Source of the DNA: Thalia democratica
Lineage: Eukaryota
Direction: 5' to 3'
Length of the DNA: 64,000 bases
NCBI GenBank assembly: GCA_965202585.1
Contig: CBDBBG010000273.1
Location: 1-64,000, forward strand
Shown: positions 24,701-40,200 of the stretch, one piece after another
How the letters are laid out: each line of letters starts with the position of its first letter
Position numbering within the stretch: position 1 is the stretch's first letter
Program-made: the position numbers and the translations under genes
The notes under the pieces: model-generated
What the model saw: the letters and a program-made list of their open reading frames with translations, nothing else
What the model was told of the DNA's origin: nothing
The model's database searches: none

Positions 24701-27700
24701 AAGAAAGCTTGTAAATATTAACAAGATCTAAATATGCATTTTTTATTTTTTTCAAATTTATTTTACTTTATGAGATATAGTCTTTTTAGTAGTTTTTTAA
24801 GAACTTGAGTTGTCAAAATTTGAGTTGTCCGAGTTTGAATTGTAATTTAACCAGTAAAAAATATTTAAATTATAAATATTTTTTTTGAGAGTTCTAACAA
24901 ACGTAACCAAACGAGAGTGGGTAGATTTGTGAGAGGTTATTGTATTTAAACAGAGTTCTAACAAGTTGTTGCTTATTTAAGTATAAGTTTGTTATTGAAA
25001 AATTTCATACAAAATAAAGTTCAATAGATTTCGTTCACCAAAAATTATAAAAAAAAAAGTTACTAAGCAGTAGAATTTATCTATTTGAAAATATGCTAAT
25101 AAAAATAGAAACATTTAATAAGTATTTTTTAGACGGATAAATGCTCACACACTTTCGCTTGGAACAAGATACAAATCAAAACTTTACAAAAGTATTCTGC
25201 CCTTATTGGAAGGATTGTTTCAACTGCCAACTAAGTCAGTTTTTTTATTAAACTTAGTGTTTTGATAATATGAGCTTTGTAATGATTAAGATTTATACAG
25301 GTTTTTAATCCACTAAAAAGTTTCTGAAACTATTTGCGTTTAATAAATTTAATTTAATTTTAACTTTTGTAAGTGACTCAGCTTTCTATCCTTATAAATA
25401 AATTTAGTTTGTATATATTTGTACAAAATGCTACTTAGTACGCAATATCAAATAATTACTAACAAATTTAATTCCATAATTAAGTTAATATATACTTAAA
25501 GTTTTATGTATGAATTATGTTCTTACTACAATTGAACTTTAAGTAAAAAATCCTAGTTTTCATAGTTATGATTATTTAGTGTATAAACTAATTTATAATT
25601 ATATATTCATAATTATACAGCAGTTACGATGTTTAGTCTGAAAGTTATTGCTAAAAAACATCGAGTATGAATATGAGGCCAACTATATAGTTTTAGCTCG
25701 ATATTGGTACGAATTTATGCTGGGTATTTAACAATAATTGTTTTCTTTACATTTGTATAAGACTTATTTTTCAAGATGACTGTTTAAAACATACCTTTTC
25801 TATAAATCGATCCTTGCACTATTAAAACATCATGTCAGAACAAAACAATTGTGCTATTTAATCAACTAAATATTACTAACTAATTCTTATTGGGTCTATC
25901 AAATGTTGTACAAATTCGTCAATCTTTCTAAAGTATTAAATTTATCTATGATTAGTGTATATACATTACAGTGACCTCTCGCAAATTTACGAATACTGTG
26001 CCTACAAAAAAAAGTGTAGTTAAACGAAAGAACGTAATTTAACGACAGGTGCAATGTAATTTTAAAACCAAAACAAGTGAATATTTGCAAGATTATGCAT
26101 TTTTACAAAAGTAAATGTTGTTTATAGCATTATTTTGTTAATTCAAAACATACATTACAATAAATTATTGGTAGATAAACTTCAAATTGTATATATTTTT
26201 GTGTTTTTTTGTAGATTTGTGAGAGATTATTGATTTATTCAGTGTTTTAACAAGTTGTTGCTTATCTAAGTGTAAGTTTGTTATTGAAAATTTCACACAA
26301 ATAATAATTCAATAGATATCGTTCACCAAAAATTTAGGAACAACTAATACAATTAACAAGCGGTAACATTTATCTTATTGAAAATATGCTAATAAGAACA
26401 GCAACATGAAATAAATATTTTTTAGACGAATAAATGCTCACACACTTTCGCTTGGAACAAGATACAAATCAAAACTGTTCAAAATTCTTCTTATTGGAAG
26501 GATCGTTTCAACTGCCAACTAGGTCAGTTTTCTTATTAGTTTTAGTGTATTAATAATATGAGCTTTGTATTGCTTAAGACTTATACTGGTTTTTATTTCA
26601 CTAAAAAGTTTCTAAAACCATTTGCTTTAAATAACTTATTTTATATTTTATAAGTAACTCAGCTTTCTATCCTAATAAATAGATTTAAAATGTATATAAA
26701 TTTGTACAACATTCTACTTGGTATATAATATCGAATAATTACAAACAAGTTTAAGTCCATAATAAAGCGATTATATACTTAAAATGTGAACTATAAGTAG
26801 GCTTATCAAATGTTAACAAAATTTTAATAATCTACTTATGTATAGTCATTTTGTAGAAATATTTCAGTATAAACCATTAAACAGCAGTTTTTTTTACTGC
26901 CAATTTTCTCAGTAAATTATAAATTGACTACAAATATTTTTTTTTATTTTTACAATTAAGAGTAAATATCGATTGATTTATAAAGTGATCCTTGCACTAT
27001 TAAAACAACCTGTCAGATTAAAAAAAGCTAATTGATCAATTAATTATTCTAATTAATTTTTTTCAAGTCCATAAATGTTGTAGAAATGCAACAAACTTTT
27101 TGAAGTATTAAAAATATCTTTGATTAGTGTATATGTATTACAGTGACCTCTCGCGAATTTACGCACTATGTGCTCACAGCAAAAACTGCGTAGTTAAACG
27201 AGAGATCGTAATTTACCGAGAGGTGCATTACAAAGTTGAAAGATTGAATATTTGCAAGAATATGCATTTTTACAATCCACTATTTTAATTTAAAGTATTA
27301 TGTTGTTAATTCAAGACATACAATAAATTTATTTCTACAATACTAAAAAAACTTTAAATTATATGTATGTGTTTTGAGAGTTCTAACAAACGTTACCAAA
27401 CGATAGTGGGTAGATTTGTGAGAGGTTATTGTATTTAAACAGTGTTCTAACAAGTTGTTGCTTATCTAAGTATAAATCTGTTATTGAAAAATTTCATACG
27501 AAATAAAATTCAATACATATTGTTCATAAAAAGTTGAGGAACAAGTAATAAAATTACTAAGTGGTAACGTTTATATGAACTAAAATATGTTAATAAGAAC
27601 AGCAACAATAAATAAATAATTTTTTAGACGGTTAAATGCTCACACACTTATGCTTGGAACAAGATACAGCTCACAACTGTACAAAGTTATTCTGTCCTTA

Positions 27701-30700
27701 TTTGAAGGATCGTTTCAACTGCCAACTAGGTCAGTTTTCTTATTAGTTTTAGTGTATTAATAATATGAGCTTTGTATTGCTTTAGGTTTATAAGAGTTTT
27801 TATTCCACTAAAAAGTTTCTAAAACTATTTGCGTTTAATAATTTATTTTATATTTTGTAAGTAACTCAGCTTTCTATCCTAATGAATAGATTTAAAATGT
27901 GTATATATTTGTACAAAATTGTACTTGGTATGTAATATCAAATAATTACAAACAAGTTTAAGTTCATAATAAAGCAATTATTTACTCAGAATGTGAATTA
28001 TAAGTAGGCTTATCAAATGTTACGATAATTTTAATAATCTATTTATGTATAGGTATTTGTAAAAACGAAATACATTGTTTTGCAAAAGTTGAAATAGGCT
28101 GTAAATAAAAGCTTTGAATGTAAACTAGAAGTAAAATTTCAAATAATATAAAATATTTGGTCATCTGTTTATGAAAAGTCAATTAGTGAAAAATTTTCAG
28201 CATAAACCTATGGAATGCAATTGTTTTGTTGTCAATTTTCTCAGTAATTTGTTTAAAAGTAAATACCAATTTTTTTTTATAAAATAGTCCTTGCACTATT
28301 AACACAACGTGTCAGAACAAATTGAAACGATTATGCTAATTACACTCACCTCCCGCGAATCTACGCACATTGTGTCCACAGCGAAAGTGTGTAACTAAAC
28401 AAGAGGTAGTAAATATACCTTCTATATCGGTTGTTTTTTTATATTTGATTAAATACAGTTTTTGGACTTTACCGCTTTTATTGTTCGCAGAAATAAGTTT
28501 CATTCAAGTTCTAATTGTGGAAAAGTTTTGAATAAAAATTTTTATCTGTTGAGAAAAAATATATTTTATACCTTGAATAAATATTGTTCTATAATACCAC
28601 TCAAGATAAGTTTAATTTTAGGTGGGCTTACAAAAAATATGCTTAAAATAAAAGATTTATTGCCTTGAAATGAAACTTTATGCCATAAATATTGTGGGCA
28701 AACAATGTACTTTGTTTGAATTGTAGGTATGAAGGGGGCTAAAAAACCTAAAGTTTAAAAAACAAAGCCGTACAGTTTAAGAGGTTTTTTATCGAAGGCA
28801 CTAACTAAAATTGCAAATTCATTATTTAATAAAAAATATATCTTCTATATTTATCCAAATATAAATTTGAATTATTTACGAAATATTTTAAACTATATTT
28901 TTTATTCTGTGAGAATTCTAAAATGCTAAACGGTAATGGGTGACCAAATGAGCGCTTAGATTTGTGAGAGATGACTGTAGTCCATTATTACTAATTACTT
29001 TAGTTGTGTCCATCAAAGTTGACACAAATGTTGTACAAATGCGTCGCTTACCTTTTCTCTTTTTTATATGAGTTTAGTAAAAAGGTAGTGACTAACTTTA
29101 TTTAGTTTTAGAAATATATTTTATAATGTTTTTGTAAAGTATGTCATTTGCAAACTTTTGAAAGAACTTAATTTATCCATGACTATCGTATACACATTAC
29201 ATAGACCTTTCGCGTATTTACGCACAGTGTGCTCACAGCAAAAAGTGCGTAATTAAACGAGAAAACGTAATTTAACGAGAGGTGCATTACAAAGTTGAAA
29301 CGAAAACGACTGAATATTTGCAAGAATATGCATTTTTACAACCCAACATTTTATTTTAAAGCATTTTGTTGTTAATTTAAAACATGCAATAAATTTATTG
29401 GTACAATATTAAAAAAGCTTTAAATTATAAATATTTATTTTAAGAGTTCTAACAAACGTAACTAAACGAGAGTGGGTAGATTTGTGAGAGGTTATTGTAT
29501 TTAAACAGTGTTCTAACAAGTTGTTGCTTCTTTAAGTATAAGTTTGTTATTGAAAAATTTAATACAAAATAAAAATTCAATAGATATCGTTCACCAAAAA
29601 TTAAGTAACAAAGTTACTAAGTGGTAATATTTATATAAAATAAAATATGTTAATAAGAACAGCAACATTAAATAAATAATTCTTTAGACGGATAGATGCT
29701 CACACACTTATGCTTGGAACAAGAAACAATTTACAACTGTTCAAAAGTATTCTGTTCTTATTGGAAGGATTGTTTCAACTGCAAACTAAGTCAGTTTATT
29801 TATTAGTTTTAGTATTTTAATATTAAGATATTGCTTTAGATTTATAAGAGTTTTTATTCCACTAAGAAAGTTTCTAAAGCTATTTGCCTTAAATAATTTT
29901 TTTTATCTTTTGTAACTAACTCAGCTTTCTATCTCAATAAATTGATTTAAACTATGTATATATGTGTACAAAATGCTACTAAATATGTTGGGTAGCTGTA
30001 AAATTAGCTCAAATTTACGAAATTGCACAAGGGCACAAAATTGCACGAAGACACTTTTGCACGAGGTGACATAAAACTACACGAAGAAACTTTTGCACGA
30101 CGGTACATTTTTGCAACAACATACATTTTAGCATGTAAAATATATATTTGTACAAAATGCTACTAATTATGTTATCACAATTGATTACGACCAAATTTAT
30201 GTCAGTAAGGTTTAAATCAAAAGTTTTATTTTTACTGAAACTATTCATAATCTGAACATTTTTTCGATTAAGTTTAGTTCAAATAAAGTATACATTTGTA
30301 AAATTGTTCACAATCTTTTATATTTAACGAATCACTTACACATAGTATATCTCCTTACTTATTTTGCTCATGATAGCTAAAATCGTCTCGAGGGGATATA
30401 TTGTTCAACTTCGGGAAACCTTGATGTATATAATTGATTATACAGAGTTATAATAAACTGTTAATTCATTTTTTCTAGTAAAATTGATATAAAGTAGACT
30501 GAAGTCAATTGAATACACTAAGTAATGAAGGTAAGCTTTATAACCTTTTGTAACTGATTCAGTTTTCTGCCTTAATAAAAAGATTAAGACATTTTCAATT
30601 TATATATATTTCTACAAAATACCATTCAGTATGTAAAACTAAATAATTACGAACTAATGCAAGCCAGTAAGAATTAAAACACAAACTTAAAAAAAATTAG

Positions 30701-31325
30701 TTAGTTGAAAACAACTAGTATTAAAATAAAAGATAAACTAGTGTAACAAGTTATTAAATCAAGAAAACGTATATATTTTAATGTAGATAATGATTGTAAT
30801 AATAATTTTAAGTCGGAGCTATTGTTACCAATTATTCGATATGTACCAGCAATTGACGTTACTTTTAGTTTTATTCTGCTAAAGTGCTTAATTTTATAAA
30901 TATTTTATTCTATATGTTTGAAATAAGCGATGGTTTACTTCTAATTAAACAAATATGTCTGCTAAATATTTATAAAACTTCTTTTACTACTAGCTACTCT
31001 TGATTAATTAATTTCAGCACAAATGTTGTACAGGTTTGTCAAATAATAATTTTTTGTTTGAATTCGGTATTGTTACCAGATATTTTTTTTGCAGTCAACA
31101 CACATAGTTATTATTAAAATTTACATCCATCGGTTCTATAGGGTCTATGTCATAGGTAGGCAGATTTTTATAAGTCGTGTCTTTCAATAATAGTTTGCTC
31201 GCGTGCCACACTTTTGAGAAAAAAATCGCAGTTATATTAAATAAATGTTTTATTTAGTGAAATTTAAACTAAAACCTTGATAATTTACCATAATCAATAG
31301 CAATTAGTAAATACATAGCCTAATT

Positions 31326-31500
31326 CAGTGCTTCTGAAATGGGGTTCCGCGGAACCCTAGGGTTCCGCGAAGCCTTTCGAAATTAAAAAAAAAATATTTA
31401 TTCAATTAAACATTTTATGTAGAATTAAAATTAGGGGTTCCGCGGAAAAATTGAATTTTGGAAAAGGGTTCCGCCACTAGAAAAAGGTTCAGAAGCACTG
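31326..31500. mobile_element. hAT MITE, copy 2
   Basis: Same TIRs and gcctaatt TSD as 8707-8881. Confidence 0.92.
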
Positions 31501-34134
31501 GCCTAATTGTAGCTTAGCCTCAAATTTTATTACTTTTTATAAATATTTTTTGTTAGCTAATCGCGTATCGCAGTTAACTGTCCCCAGTTTGCCCTGGTAT
31601 ATGTGAATAAAATAAAACCATGTTTATATTGTGCGCATAAAAGTCTTTTATATTAACTTACAAATCAACTCAGTTTTTTATTTAATCAATCAAGTACTTT
31701 TTATTTAATGTCGTCACTGCTGTACAATTCATTCCTAATTTAAAACTCACAATTTTAGTCAGTAAGGCAGGATTGTTCCATTGTTTTACTGGGATGATTT
31801 TATTTTTTGAAGTATCACTATTGTTCTTTATTTAATATTAATTGATCTTCGTTGTCAATTGACTGTTAACGCAGCGGTTTTCAAATATTTCAAAAACTGT
31901 CCACAGCAAATTACTGAATACAAGTTCTGCGCATTCTAAACTATTGTATACATTTTTACTACTAATACTTTTGTTATTATGAATTAATTTTGAAGGATAA
32001 AGTAAAATTTGTTTTACAAAATCAATTAACTGCGTAGTGATTTTAATAATAAATTTTACAACTCATTGTTATTTCCGTGCACACTGAATATTTTTTTTTT
32101 TGAGAAACACTTTTTTACTCTGACTGTGAAGTTTAGCTAAATCATTATGCAGAAATAGTTTCTTTGTTCTACGAATTTTACTATGAAAAGAATTAATTTC
32201 TTAAAATCTTAGATAAAAAAACGAAGTATATTGTATATGATGAACATTAAGTTTAGTTTGACTTTCAATAACAAATTTAATACTTGAAGTGTTTTTATTT
32301 TCTTTGCTTCAACCTTTGCAACTTATCAGTTCTATCTTAACATGCTCACCAATAAAAGTTTTTTTTTAATAAGTACAATGTTTCAAAAAAAAGCTTACTT
32401 TAACTCACTGTGACCCTTAAACGACTTTTTATTTTTTAGTAAAGATTATGTCTCTTCTGATCCGTACTAGAAGCTGTTGTTATACAATACAAAAAGTAAA
32501 CATAAATAACAATTTTAATATGTAATATAAGTATTAAAATCAGTTTTCATACAAAATCTATTGTTTCAATAACAACTCATACTGATTATAAAATATTATT
32601 TGTTTTTATATTTATTATTATCTGGTTACAATATATAACTGTCGATTCCTTTATTCAGTAAGCGCTTTTGATTTTCAATTTTTTTTTAAACTATATTACA
32701 TCAATCATTATGTGTGTATACAAAAGTAAATGTTTATAAAATTATTTTGTAACTATAAGCTAACTGTTTAGTTTGGATATAAAAGCATACTTAACACCTG
32801 GGTTTTTACTAAACTAGGAAAAATAAAATCCGGGATTTAAAAAAAAAAAACTATAATTTAAAAAAAACCTTGTGTTCAATATATGCTTGTCAATTAAAAG
32901 TTATCAAAAATTTGTCTAAATGAAAATTTTAAAACGTATGAATTAATTTTGGCATTCTGAAACATTATTAATATCATACAACAGAAAAATAAGATTTTGT
33001 ACTAAAGGTGTTGTAAATTTTTAATATTTTAGTGAAAACTAAGTCAACTGTTAAACCTTAGTTGAGTTTAGTATCCTTAATAACTTTTGATAAAAACATA
33101 GACTTAAGAATTTAGCTTTCTTTTGCATATTTTAAAATGAATTGATATAGACATTTTATAACTTGGGTACTTTACACATAGTGAAAAGATTGCTAAGTTA
33201 TCTAAATATGTAAATGCTTATGTATAATATGAATAAGTTATAAATAACTAACAACTTTAGTACTTAACTGTTGATAAAAAAGACATTCAATTTTTCTAGC
33301 ATTCTTAAGGTTTTTTTTTTAAGAAATGAAATTATCAAGAATATTTATATTACAATATCTTTTGTATTTCACAAAAAAAATCCAACTCGATTTTAAATGA
33401 AGTATTTTATTATCTCCTTTAATAGAAAAGAAAGTATAATATTTTGTGTTTAGAACGCTAGTTTTGAAATCATCATTTGAAAAGAGTAATACATTAGTGA
33501 AAAGTTATAAATATACTTAATTTTTGATCTTCATATTACATTAAATGCAATTCAAAGTATTGAAAAGTTATAAATTAAAAATAAGTCAAGTATTGTAAAT
33601 AAAAAATAATTAAACTAATTTATCAACTAAAACAAATTATGATAAGAACAAGTTTCGAGTTTTGTTAAACTTTTTTAACAATTTTCGATTTATTTCCCTT
33701 GTCACAAATATCATAGTTTTAGTTTTATCTTATATTAGTAAAAAAAATATAGTTATTATAAGTATAAACTATAGTTATTAAAAGCATAAACTAATATTTA
33801 CATAGGCTATTTATAACATTAAGAGCTTAACAAAAGAATTTGTCATTTGAAAACCCCAGGTGAACTTAATTGTATATTTAAGAAATAATCTTTTAATTAT
33901 CAAACTTATAACTTATAATAAAAAAATTAACACTACTTAAGTTAATATATTCAGGCGACTATCAATCAGTTTTCGGTTAGGGGATTTTTTTTGGTTCATT
34001 GAACAGAAAATTGGTAAAAAAAAGGTGCTCACCTTTCGGCGGCACCTTCAAGAAGTTTGAAACTTGAAAAAAAATATATTCATAAAAATAATAAGTGGAA
34101 TGATAAAAATACAGCTACAAACGACAAAAAAAAA

Positions 34135-35121
34135 TGACTCTCTTGAGGTAGCTAATTTGTAAAAAATTGGTAAAAAAACAGACGCTCATCTTACGATGAA
34201 CGTCTTTCAAAAAAAAAATATGGAAGAAAAAGTTGGAAAAAATTCGAGCAAAAACGGCCCCAATTTCGCCCGCGGGCGAAATTGGGGCCTTTTTTGCTCG
34301 AATTTTTTCCAACTTTTTCTTTCATACTCTACCAATCCTTCACTTTCCATTCAAAATTCAATTCTCACAACTTTTCGAAAAAACTCCCCCTCCCTTAATT
34401 TGAAAATATTTTTTCAAAGCTTCTGCTTACACCGCAAAATGCTTTTTATCAGCTCTGATCGTGACGGCGACTGCGAGATGCAGCCGCTTCTCTGCCCGTC
34501 ACATTTTGAGTGCTTCACCTTTCGCCCCTGCATTTTCTTCCGCCTTCTCTGCTTCAGTCGCCCGCTTGAAGCTTCTATAAATGCACGGCTTTAATCACTT
34601 CATTTCTGCACTCGTTCTTTTAACTGGGCTGAATCATCTCAGAGCTTTATGCTTACTTCTATGGCTGCTTTCGGACGGTACTTGCCTTTATTCTTGCTCT
34701 AATTTCCCTCCCTACACATACAATCGGGTCTGCTATGCGACCTTAACTGCTGCGCTCTTTCGATGCCAGCTTAAGTCGACGGCCAGTCGACTCAAGCTAT
34801 AACCAATCCCTGCCTGCATTAACAACCAAACCGCCTTGACGACTTCACGTCTACCCGCCTCGACGCCAGTCGACTCAAGCTATTACCAATCCCTGCCTGC
34901 ATTAACAACCAACCCGCCTTGACGACTTCACGTCTACCCGCCTCTACGGCCAGGCATTTCCTCGTTAAAAGCCTACAACGCTTTGCATTATAAAATCCCT
35001 AAGCGTCAAGTCGACCGAACGCACGAAAGCGTATCTCTTACTAGTGTAACATTAAGCATACGCGTATGATGCCGAAATGCTCTTGTTGGAAATATTCTAC
35101 TAGGCTACCTCAAGAGAGTCA
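34135..35121. mobile_element. 18-bp-TIR element, copy 2
   Basis: Same as copy 1. Confidence 0.7.
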
Positions 35122-37645
35122 AACTTTCACCTTTACTCAACTTTTTTTCATTACATGTACTTCTTTATACCTATATAAAATTTGTTTAGTCTTATAAAAT
35201 TTTTGCCAAACACTTTAGAGACACCGATAAGGTACGCACTTTAAAAGGTACGCACTTGAGTAAAATTAAGTTTCAAATAAAGTGTACATCACCTCTTAAC
35301 ATTTTACCAGCAGTCTAACAGATTGTAAGGTTATCATACCTCTTTATAACAATTATTCTGATAAAAACTGTACTTTGAGCTAAATTGTTTGTTTATTACA
35401 TAAGTATGCTGTATAATTGTAACGGTATACTATTAATTTCTTGTTTATTTTTGCTAACTAGTTTTTATTTTCTCACAACCAAACAAACGATAGTGGCAAA
35501 CTTGCTGTGAAAATATCCAACATTCATCTGAGCACATAGCAGTCAAGTTTTACCTGCAACATGCACATTATTTCACGCAATTTAAATCCATGGTGATTGG
35601 AAACAAGAGCAGGAGAAACTCACATGTCAAAGCTGCATACAAGACTTTTGAGCTAAGTATATTTGAAGGTAAAATATATACAACATTTACAAACATGTAC
35701 TTTAAAAGCTATTTGAGAAACCTACTAACTTGTATTAGTTTTTAGATAAGTGAATTTAAAAAAATGTATTATGTTTAAGGCTTTTTATATCAAATCAATT
35801 ACAAACTGGTATTATTTTTTTCAAGGCAAAACTTAATAGATAAATAGTAATAATGTAATATTTAAACAATATTTAACTCTTTAAACAATTTTTATGACTA
35901 TATTAAATTTTCACTAGCATTTGTTTTTGTATATTATATGACTATATAAAAGTTTGTTTTAAAGTACTAGTACACAAACAGTTGTTGAGCCTGATACGTT
36001 ACAACAAGCTGTTTGGATTCATAGATTTGAATTAAAATGCGATATCATTTTTTCGAATAAGCACATTCCTAGTATAATTCAAGTTTTTATGACATATTAA
36101 TTTACTATTAAATCTTAAACAATTATTTTGTAGGCTTAGAGTTTTTGGATAAACACAATTGTTTGTTAATACTTTGTTTCTCATCTTACTAAGTAGAAAC
36201 CAATTTATAGTTTAAGCTGTCAATGAACTGTATGCTTCAAAAAACACTAGGTGGTACTTTCAATAACTGTTAAATATATTCTGTTAAAATGTACTTTATA
36301 TTTGTTTGTCAGTAATGCCAGTTTGTATCCTGCTTAACATAACTGATGTTAAACAACATTTACCACAAAAACAAACATCACACATACAGAAAAGCTTTTG
36401 TATTCTACTACGATTGTTCATACCTTTGTTACTGAGAAAAGTGAAAAAGTCTTACAGTATTTTTTTCTGAAATAGCTTTATTTTGAAAAATGTACTACTA
36501 GTAAATAAATATGTTGTTAAGTTAATTGTTACATTAATACAGTATATAAAATGTAGTTGTTAAGCTGTAAGAGTTTGAAAAACTATAACAAAAAATGTTA
36601 TGTCAGACAATTAAAAAAAATTAGTAGACATCAAGATAGTAAGTACTTAATTTTTTTTAAACTTAATCTTGACCATTCTGTTTTTTTAACTATATTGCTA
36701 TTAATACATCCATTTCGTATTTAGACATTATTTCCTTTCTTTACAGTTTTTCATTGTTAAAAATTGCAATTCTAAATCAAAAAATTAAAATAAAGGGCTT
36801 TAATGTTTTCGGATATATTGTTGATTTCGTCAATACTTTTATATTTACTAATGAATTTAATTAAACAAATATTTTAAACTGTTGTTAGTTTTTACAGATA
36901 TTATAATATCTAATCGTTTTTAAGTATACGATAGAAAAGGTTTGAGTTTTATTTATTAAACTAATTAATTTTTAAATATACAATAAATATTTCATGATTT
37001 TCCTTATTTAACTTAATATATTAGATAAGATTTATATTCTTTTCAACCACCATTAGTAACTTAAAATAAAACAAACATTGAAAGTTTTGACTAATTTATT
37101 CTCGCAACAAATAACAACTTAAAAATCTAAAACGCTAAGTTTCAAAGCAATAAATTTTCAAATTGTACTTTATTCAAGTTTTAAAAACTATTTTTATAAT
37201 TAAAAGCTACAAAATTTTCTATATGGGAACTTTTCTTTGAGGTTTAGCCGGAACAAAAAGGTTTTAAGTTTTATTAATTTGAAAAATAGTTAAATATAAG
37301 AATTAAATAACGCCTAAAAGTTTAAAACTTTGTGCCTTTAACTTACAGAAACTTAAGAAAGAAATATTTAATAACTGGATAAATCGGTAAAAAAGAAGAA
37401 AAATTCAAAAACAATACGTATTCAAACTAAACTAACAAATATATTTTAATCTTTAACCACCAGAACTACAAACAACAAAAACTAAATTCATTAAATACTT
37501 TGTTCTTACGATATGTCAGAAATAGAATACTTTTTCGGAATATATAAAATATTTCTTCATGCATAGAAAGTGAAAAGTCAACAAAAGGGGAAATTCCCCG
37601 AGTCGAAAGTGGCGGTATTGTACTAAGCAGGGATAAATACGGGAT

Positions 37646-40200
37646 TCAAGAGTGGTGGAGCTTGTGGGGGCAGTGGGACCCTTTTTTGATTCTTCCGTCG
37701 CAGCACACAGATATCGAGGGGTCGTACACGTGCAATCCTCCGCAGCAAGCCTGAAAAATGAAAAGAATAAATATTAATACTTGAGAAAAATGGATATTGC
37801 ATAAAATTTATTTTAATTGATGTTTGCAAAAATAAATGTATTTCGGCTTTGTTATATGTAACAATATGTCAAATTTTACAATACTTGACCAAATAGTCAT
37901 AAAAATTAAAATATCGATAAAACCAGTTTTTATGCATTTCAGCTAGAATAAAACAAATTGTAACCCTCCACAACAGACATGAAAACAGTTTAGAGATCTA
38001 AATAAAAAATACTTGTAAAATTAAGCAACATATTGATTTTTTTTAGGTTTAAAATATTTTTGAACTTTAAACAAAACTAAAATTTTTAACAGCATTACCT
38101 AATTTTTAAAGGTTGGTACAAGTAAATTAACCATCTTAGTTTATAACATATACTTAATTGTCTTTATTTCTTTAGAAAAGACACATTGTAATAAATTTCA
38201 TGGTTTTATTATTAATCAAGCCCTAATCAGCTTAAATTATATTAATTGTACATTTTTTATTGAACACTGTTTTTGTAATTACGTTTAATTTTTTTTGTGT
38301 GCTGCGGGTTTTAAATAAAACAAACAAAGATTAATTAAATAAGAAAGACCTCTCCTCTTTACTTTGTTACATAAACACATACATTATTATGATCAGGTAA
38401 TTTGTTTTTAACCTCAGACAAAAACCTTTAAGCTAAAAATCGTCTTTTGAACAAAAAAAAAATCAGATAAAAGCATTTAAAGAACAATTGCTTATGTCTG
38501 GTCTATACAAATGTTTATTTAAATACCAAAAAAATAATTGCTTAGCAGAAATTATGGTGAAGATAAAGATCTATCACGTGCTTTTGTTGTTAAATATCAA
38601 ATTATAAATTGACTGATTACATTGTTAATTTCACTAGTTTAATATATTGTTCTGATAAATTATTTCAATTTATGTGTTAGACTATAGTAGTAACTAAGAA
38701 ACAAATAGTTTTAAATTTTTTTCATTAACAAAACAAAGTATGTGTTTAAAAACCAAGTATACTATTTGTTTGACTCAACAAAAATTTATAATTTCTGATT
38801 TAATATTTTCGATTATTTTTACGATACGTAAAAAAGAAATAAAGAAATTCAATAACATTTAGTTTTTAATTTTAAGTAAGTTGTTTATATTCTTTATAGT
38901 TGTATGATGGCTAAACAAGTCCTAATTTTTTACTACATACCAAATGTTTAGAGTTAAATGGTATTATCCATCTTTTTTTTGGGAAATCAATAAAGAAATA
39001 AAAAATTTCTATCAAAGTCAACAGTTTCCTTAAATAATGCACATTACAATAAACAAATTATACCGTTATTTTGAAATTGAGTTTATTTTTTGAAACTTTT
39101 GATTGGAATTAACTTTGACATGATAAGTTTTTCTGCAATATTTGCTACTTTTTGCAGTTTATTATTATTTTTACAACCAAAAACTGTTATATTTACTCAC
39201 TTTTTTAGAACTTGCGTAAGGAACTCCGTTGCAACCTCCGCAACAGGCATCAGGTCTCAGGCTCATGAGGGAAATTCCCTTTTTACATTTCTTTCCCGAC
39301 CCCTCGCGGAAGAAACATATGCACTGCTGCAAGCACTTGTCTGTGTTTTCTATAGATAAAAAGTCAAATATTATTTAATTCCAATTATATAAAGTTTTTT
39401 TTTTCAGTAAATAAAACAAGAAAAAAGTTTAGTTATATATTTAGATTTTCAAAATCATAACGTTTGTAATTCTGTAAGAAATTTAACTTAATTGAAAAAC
39501 ATAACTATTTTTCATCAGACTTATTTCATTTATTTTGCATTTGTTTACTACTAGTTTAGTTTCTATTGTATAAAACTAATACAAACCTTCAACATTGATG
39601 GAATCGGTTTTAAATATTTCCTTCTCGCTGCTCAACAACGTTTTAAGTTGTCCCTGCAATTCTTCAGCTTGTAACTCCCTGTTGGCGTATGTTGGTGAGA
39701 ACAATGAGTACTTAACTGTGTATTCATTCTCTTCTTCTACTGCTTCCGATCTGTATGAGAGAATGAATATTAGTGTTTAGGGATGATTTATTAGAAATTT
39801 ATACAACTATTAGAGTTAAATATAAACTTATAATGTTTCTTGTGAAAAATTGGAGTCGATATAGATTTATTAGCACTTATAAAAAGTATAAGAAATGTAA
39901 AAAAAATATGTAAATTAAAAAAAATATATGTAACAAGCTTAAGTAGTAGTTGCTTTAGAAGGCTTCATACAAAGGTTTTAATACTATAAATAAGCTCTTA
40001 GTTAAAATAGTTTTGTAAAGTTTTACGTTGCAAATCCATCAAAACACCAGCACTAAAAAACAACTTTATTGCTTAAACTCAATATTTTTGGTTTATAAAA
40101 CATTTAAACTAAAAATAACTAACGAGATTCCGTTCTTTTTGACATCTTCAATTTCTACAACTATATCTGTCACTCCGGAGTTAGTCAAAACTTTCAATAT
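37646..40200 (-). CDS. SEA-like/galaxin-repeat gene 3' exons, copy 2
   Basis: Exons 40200-40124, 39750-39587, 39349-39201, 37750-37646; same as copy 1. Confidence 0.85.
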